Source: an uncultured bacterium (GTDB lineage: Bacteria > Zixibacteria > MSB-5A5 > CAIYYT01). Taken from it: a stretch of DNA of 64,000 nt. The notes under the pieces were generated by a model that was given only the letters and a program-made list of their open reading frames with translations, was not told where the DNA came from and did not search any database. Positions 59,744 through 64,000 of the stretch are shown here, piece by piece. Numbering within the stretch: position 1 is the first letter of the stretch; each line of letters opens with the position of its first letter. Position numbers and translations under genes: made by a program. The DNA lies in NCBI GenBank assembly GCA_963726455.1, contig CAVSCK010000004.1:928001-992000 (forward strand), read 5' to 3'.

Positions 59744-62386
59744 CTATGGGCATGCGGCGCATGGCGCTGCTCCATAATTGAAGATGTAGTTCACAAGGTA
59801 GACCACATCGGTAATCAACACTACACCGTCGCAATCAGCGTCGCCTCTCTCCCATGGCGCAGGCGGATTGCCATCATTGAAAATGTATTGCACCAAATAT
59901 ACGGCATCGGCGATACTAACTTCATTGCTGCTGTCGGCATCACCGCACATATAAGAAACTAACCTGAAACCCTGTATCACGGTTTGACACCTGCTAACTA
60001 GGAGCACGCTTACTAAATCGTTACTCCAGCCGCCTGGAGCAATGCCCTCTATTGTGTCGCCATGTGCTTGACACCACTGCGGATATTCGAACCACAGATA
60101 ATTCCTGAGGGAATCCACTATCACATTCGATCTAAGTGTATATCGGAAATATTGCCCTGAGCGCAACGCAGTGTCTTCAGGGGGGATCAGCCTGGGCATC
60201 AACGCTTCTCCGACCTTCACTGATACCACCTCAGTATCTGCCAGCACGTCATCGGTTACGATTGCTCCAAAAGAGAAATCTGTCGCCGTGCAGCCCACGA
60301 TGCCCGATGCTGTCGTCGAGTCAACGTGGAAACCTGACGGAAGATTCTCAAAGCTATAGCTCAATCCTCTTCCGTCACAATCAGGATCATTTGCCTCAAG
60401 CATGTATGTGAACCTCATACCCCTCCGCGTCGAATCGCTCGTCGACGACAGGATCACAGGAGGATGATTTCCTTGCCCGATATCGCAGTTATAATTGTCA
60501 ACGGCCATTAACTCCAGCGAGAGCGGCAGCGCAACTGCGAACGCCGTATCCGACGGCCAGGCGCCGCACATGCCACCGTCGAATATCGGGGTAATCGGAA
60601 ACGGATTCGAGGGATCACTGATGTCAGCAAACCGCCAATAATCGCTGGGCGAGCCGTAACAAGCGTACCTTCCATTTACCGACATGCAGTATGCAGGAAC
60701 GTCCTCGATCTGCGACACGAGCCAGGGATTGGTTATGTTCGAGACGTTTACAATGCATACCGTACCACCGTAACCGCTGACGTCTGGGCATCCCACGTAG
60801 ACATAGTCCCCCTGTATCCGTAATTCGCTTGCTTCGTCTGGCAGGTCCAGGCGCGACACGAAGACCGGCTGCAAGGGGTTGGCGATGTTCAGGATCGTCA
60901 ATCCATCTAAGCCGGAGGACAGATATGCGATCGTATCACGCGCTACGACTCCGTAACACTCTGTCGAGTCGTTAAAGTACCCTGCTAACTTGGGGCTAAG
61001 TGGATCGCTCACGTCGAAGACTGCCAGGTATCGTGTCATAGGCATATAAGCGAAGTCACCTTCGACCGTGACATCACACGCTCCTCCCAAATCCGGAAAT
61101 CCGCTCACCACCTCCGGCTTCTCCGGGTTGCTCACATCCACTACTACAAGTCCTGCAGTGTACGAGGCCACGTAACAGAATCCGTCCTTCACGCAGGCGC
61201 GCACGCACCTGTCAGGCATATCGACATATCCGATTTCCTCGGGCTTCTCCTGGTTTCTGATGTTCACGATGTGCAAGCCGCCATCATAGTCGTCCACTTC
61301 ATACGCCAGTGTGTCTCTGGCGTAAACGCCGCCGCGGAATCCCGGCGAGCCCATTCGTAATGTCAAATGCGGCTTGGTAGGATCTGCAAGCGGAACTAAC
61401 CATACGCCTCTAGCCGACATCGCCATTGCCAACCGCGGAAAGACTTTCACATCGCTGAGATCCCATTGTGTATTGACTACGCCGATAACGGCCGGAGGTG
61501 AGCCGTTGAGATCCCACACCTGAATTCGCCGATCATTCAGAGCGACTACCATGAGACTGTCACAGACACCAAATCCAGCTATGTCAATCGATGTTGGGAT
61601 GCTTTGGATAACAGAGGGATTCGCAGGATTACTCAAGTCAATCGCGTCGACACCTTGATGGAGAGGGCCGACGTAAGCCATAGAACCGCCGACAACGACA
61701 TGATCTGCACCATATTGCACTAGCGTCGGACAAAGCAACTGAGGCAATTCAGAAATCGTCGCCCTAAGAATCATTAAGCCATCGTCTGTGGACGCAATCA
61801 GAACTGAGTCGCAGACTTCAAGATCATGAACACGCGCGGTTTGCCACGATGAACGTAACGTGAGTCCACCTGCGCTATCAACGCTAAAAACGGATATGCC
61901 TTGATAGTTGCCCGAAAAAATCAGAGAGTCATGCATACACAATGCGTCACAATACGTATTGTAGCGCCCCGTCTGTACCGGATTCCTAATAGTTGACAGG
62001 TCAAACACATGAATCCCGTAGAACGCCCCGACGGCGGCAAAATGCCCGTAGATTACAATGTCCTGCACTCCTCCATTTGTTTCCATCTGCGCGATCGGCG
62101 CCGTCTCCATTTTCTGCGGCGGGCGGACAATTGTTATGCCCCGCTGGGTTCCGTGCAAATAGTGGTCGCCGAATATGGCGGCTGCATCTGCCGGTGACCA
62201 CAAGGTGCTTCCTAGGTCTTTCAATTGGTAGTCCAGCACGTATGCATCCCGCGGTGACTGCGACGACCTTTCACGAACCCCGCCGGCAAGAGATGCTGGA
62301 CGATCTTGTGGAATCACTGCCTGTAAAGTAGATGACCAAGAGCTAAGAGAACATATCGTCAGCAAAGCTGCTGCCAGATTCCGCAT
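59744..62386 (-). CDS. Secreted LVIVD-repeat protein with Ig-like domains and dockerin-like tail
   Basis: Repeats YVA....GLVVVDVSNP..P; CGDADSSNEVSIADAVYLV...GDADCDG; GGGAGG RBS before ATG 62386. Confidence 0.88.
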   Translation of the reverse strand: MRNLAAALLTICSLSSWSSTLQAVIPQDRPASLAGGVRERSSQSPRDAYVLDYQLKDLGSTLWSPADAAAIFGDHYLHGTQRGITIVRPPQKMETAPIAQMETNGGVQDIVIYGHFAAVGAFYGIHVFDLSTIRNPVQTGRYNTYCDALCMHDSLIFSGNYQGISVFSVDSAGGLTLRSSWQTARVHDLEVCDSVLIASTDDGLMILRATISELPQLLCPTLVQYGADHVVVGGSMAYVGPLHQGVDAIDLSNPANPSVIQSIPTSIDIAGFGVCDSLMVVALNDRRIQVWDLNGSPPAVIGVVNTQWDLSDVKVFPRLAMAMSARGVWLVPLADPTKPHLTLRMGSPGFRGGVYARDTLAYEVDDYDGGLHIVNIRNQEKPEEIGYVDMPDRCVRACVKDGFCYVASYTAGLVVVDVSNPEKPEVVSGFPDLGGACDVTVEGDFAYMPMTRYLAVFDVSDPLSPKLAGYFNDSTECYGVVARDTIAYLSSGLDGLTILNIANPLQPVFVSRLDLPDEASELRIQGDYVYVGCPDVSGYGGTVCIVNVSNITNPWLVSQIEDVPAYCMSVNGRYACYGSPSDYWRFADISDPSNPFPITPIFDGGMCGAWPSDTAFAVALPLSLELMAVDNYNCDIGQGNHPPVILSSTSDSTRRGMRFTYMLEANDPDCDGRGLSYSFENLPSGFHVDSTTASGIVGCTATDFSFGAIVTDDVLADTEVVSVKVGEALMPRLIPPEDTALRSGQYFRYTLRSNVIVDSLRNYLWFEYPQWCQAHGDTIEGIAPGGWSNDLVSVLLVSRCQTVIQGFRLVSYMCGDADSSNEVSIADAVYLVQYIFNDGNPPAPWERGDADCDGVVLITDVVYLVNYIFNYGAAPCAACP

Positions 62387-62620
62387 ATTTGCCTCCCAGA
62401 AACAAAGTAAACCAACACGAACTTTTTGCCCCCGCCGCAAAGTTGCTATCATATTAGCTAATAGTCCCGTACTTGTCAAATTCTCAGTGCCGGATTTAGT
62501 TTTCTCTGAGTTTGTTTAACGGCGGAAATGAGCTAATTCCCCTTTGCGAGACATGGAACGCACCTTTTTCCAAACATTACTTGCCCGGCGCGTTGAGATA
62601 TCGGATATTCGCGCCCGACT

Positions 62621-63151
62621 ATGAGAGTCCAGGCACGCGAATTCCTACTTTTCCCCAATATCCTTAGTCTTGGCCGACTCGTATGCTTTCCAATACCGGT
62701 GATTCTTGTCGCCCGTGGCCACGACACTGCCGCTTTGATTCTAATTTTCGTGGGAATTGCCACCGACATTCTGGATGGCTACCTGGCGCGTAAATTCAAT
62801 CAGGTTTCCGAGCTGGGCAAGATCATTGATCCCCTCGGCGACAAACTCGGCACCGCCGCTCTGGTGATCGCGCTCGCCGTCTACCGCGACTTCCCGATCT
62901 GGGCGGCCATCTTTATCATCGCCCGCGATGTCGCCATCCTTTTCGGCGCTGCCTTCTTTATCGCCGCCGGCCAGCCGACACCCATGTCCAACATGATCGG
63001 CCGTCTAACCGCACTGGCCTGGGGCGCTTGCGTCCTAAGCTACCTTACCCCCTGGCATGTATTGCATGTGATATTCCTATATCTTGCGGTCGGCATGGTC
63101 CCCCTGTCGGTAGTCTTGTATCTCGTGCGCACTCGTCGCCGACGATCCTGA
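62621..63151 (+). CDS. CDP-alcohol phosphatidyltransferase (PgsA-like)
   Basis: PN.LS..R; TDILDGYLARK...SELGKIIDPLGDK. Confidence 0.93.
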   Translation: MRVQAREFLLFPNILSLGRLVCFPIPVILVARGHDTAALILIFVGIATDILDGYLARKFNQVSELGKIIDPLGDKLGTAALVIALAVYRDFPIWAAIFIIARDVAILFGAAFFIAAGQPTPMSNMIGRLTALAWGACVLSYLTPWHVLHVIFLYLAVGMVPLSVVLYLVRTRRRRS

Positions 63152-63268
63152 CTCGCATATAACGATACCGCGAAGATGTCTAGGAGTTCAGACGAAGGCT
63201 CGTCGGTCTGAATCTATTCGCATGCGTTTTGTGAAGTCCGATTGCGAACTGCGACTACAACTGCACAG

Positions 63269-64000
63269 CTATCTGCATCCCGGTCCCTGGCACGGTGCCG
63301 GGCCGTCGGCAAAGATGTAGCGAATGATATACACGGCGTCCGAAATGTCAATACCTCCGCTGCAATCGACATCGCCGACTTCCATCGGATTCGGCGCCGG
63401 TCCGTCCGCAAAGATATATCTGATCAGATAGACTACGTCCGAAATATTGATATCGCTCGAAAGGTCGCAGTCACCGCAGAGATATTTCTGCCAACCCCCG
63501 ACATATCCCGACACTTTCTCGCCCGCAATTGTAAACATCCCGCCCGCCATCAGCTTTCCCTTGAACGTCGTCAGTGCATTAACCCCGAAATTCATTCCTG
63601 AGCCAAGCGGACTCCAGGTCGTGTCATTCCAGACCGCGATGAAATTGGTCGCCGTTGTTCCGGCAGAGGTAAACCAGCCGCCCGCTATCAGATTTCCGTT
63701 GTACACCGTCAGTGCCAGCACGTCAGGTGTATAGACTCCCTGCAAACCTGTTCCAAGCGCGCTCCAATTGCTGCCGTCCCAGGCCGCCACACCGCTGGCG
63801 TTGACCTCTCGTACTGATGTAAACGATCCCCCGACCATCAGCTTGCCGCCGAACACCGTGAGTGAATAGACCCACCCGTCGACACCCTGACTCAGTGACG
63901 ACCAGGTGTTGCCGTCCCACGCTCCGATTCCGAGCGCCGGTACCGTTCCAATCGATGTGAACGCACCGCCTGCATAGAGCTTGCCGTTATAAACCGCGAG
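63269..64000 (-). CDS. Secreted beta-propeller repeat protein with dockerin-like tail (5' part outside window)
   Basis: L.AGG.FT...A.WDG..WS.LG repeats; CGDCDLSSDINISDVVYLI...GDVDCSGGIDISDAVYII. Confidence 0.85.
   Translation of the reverse strand, partial: LAVYNGKLYAGGAFTSIGTVPALGIGAWDGNTWSSLSQGVDGWVYSLTVFGGKLMVGGSFTSVREVNASGVAAWDGSNWSALGTGLQGVYTPDVLALTVYNGNLIAGGWFTSAGTTATNFIAVWNDTTWSPLGSGMNFGVNALTTFKGKLMAGGMFTIAGEKVSGYVGGWQKYLCGDCDLSSDINISDVVYLIRYIFADGPAPNPMEVGDVDCSGGIDISDAVYIIRYIFADGPAPCQGPGCR

Overview
Bacterial chromosomal window. Four secreted proteins with C-terminal dockerin-like tails plus FlgD/T9SS-like C-terminal domains suggest an FCB-group organism such as candidate Zixibacteria (inference). 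Ordinary content: 3 tRNAs, nth, a GldAFG-like ABC operon, a Rieske/cytochrome b/9-heme cytochrome c complex, a livKHMGF operon, DUF3857/transglutaminase genes, hydrolases, a Lon paralogue and Smr. The best candidate for a new system is a RiPP cluster at 5911-11987 (-). Its 39-aa precursor (MIYLIDPQNPGIDACTFFKCKGVVYPCYGIKPESYLSRT, three Cys and a C-Y-G motif) is absent from the ORF track. It is followed by three different radical SAM enzymes (an RRE/SPASM Cys-crosslinking type, a PlpX-like tyramine-splicease type and a B12-dependent methyltransferase type) and an ABC exporter. Second: a probably SOS-controlled operon (two Fibrobacter-type LexA boxes) encoding a Cys-rich Zn-ribbon peptide and a Ski2/Hel308-like helicase. 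The helicase carries a repeat element inside its coding sequence and a C-terminal winged-helix module with its own RBS. Also notable: a Lon with degenerate ATPase motifs, several REP-like repeat families (one G-quadruplex-capable and uniformly oriented), and three +1 frameshifts that may be assembly errors. All family assignments come from motif recognition by eye; no database search was run.
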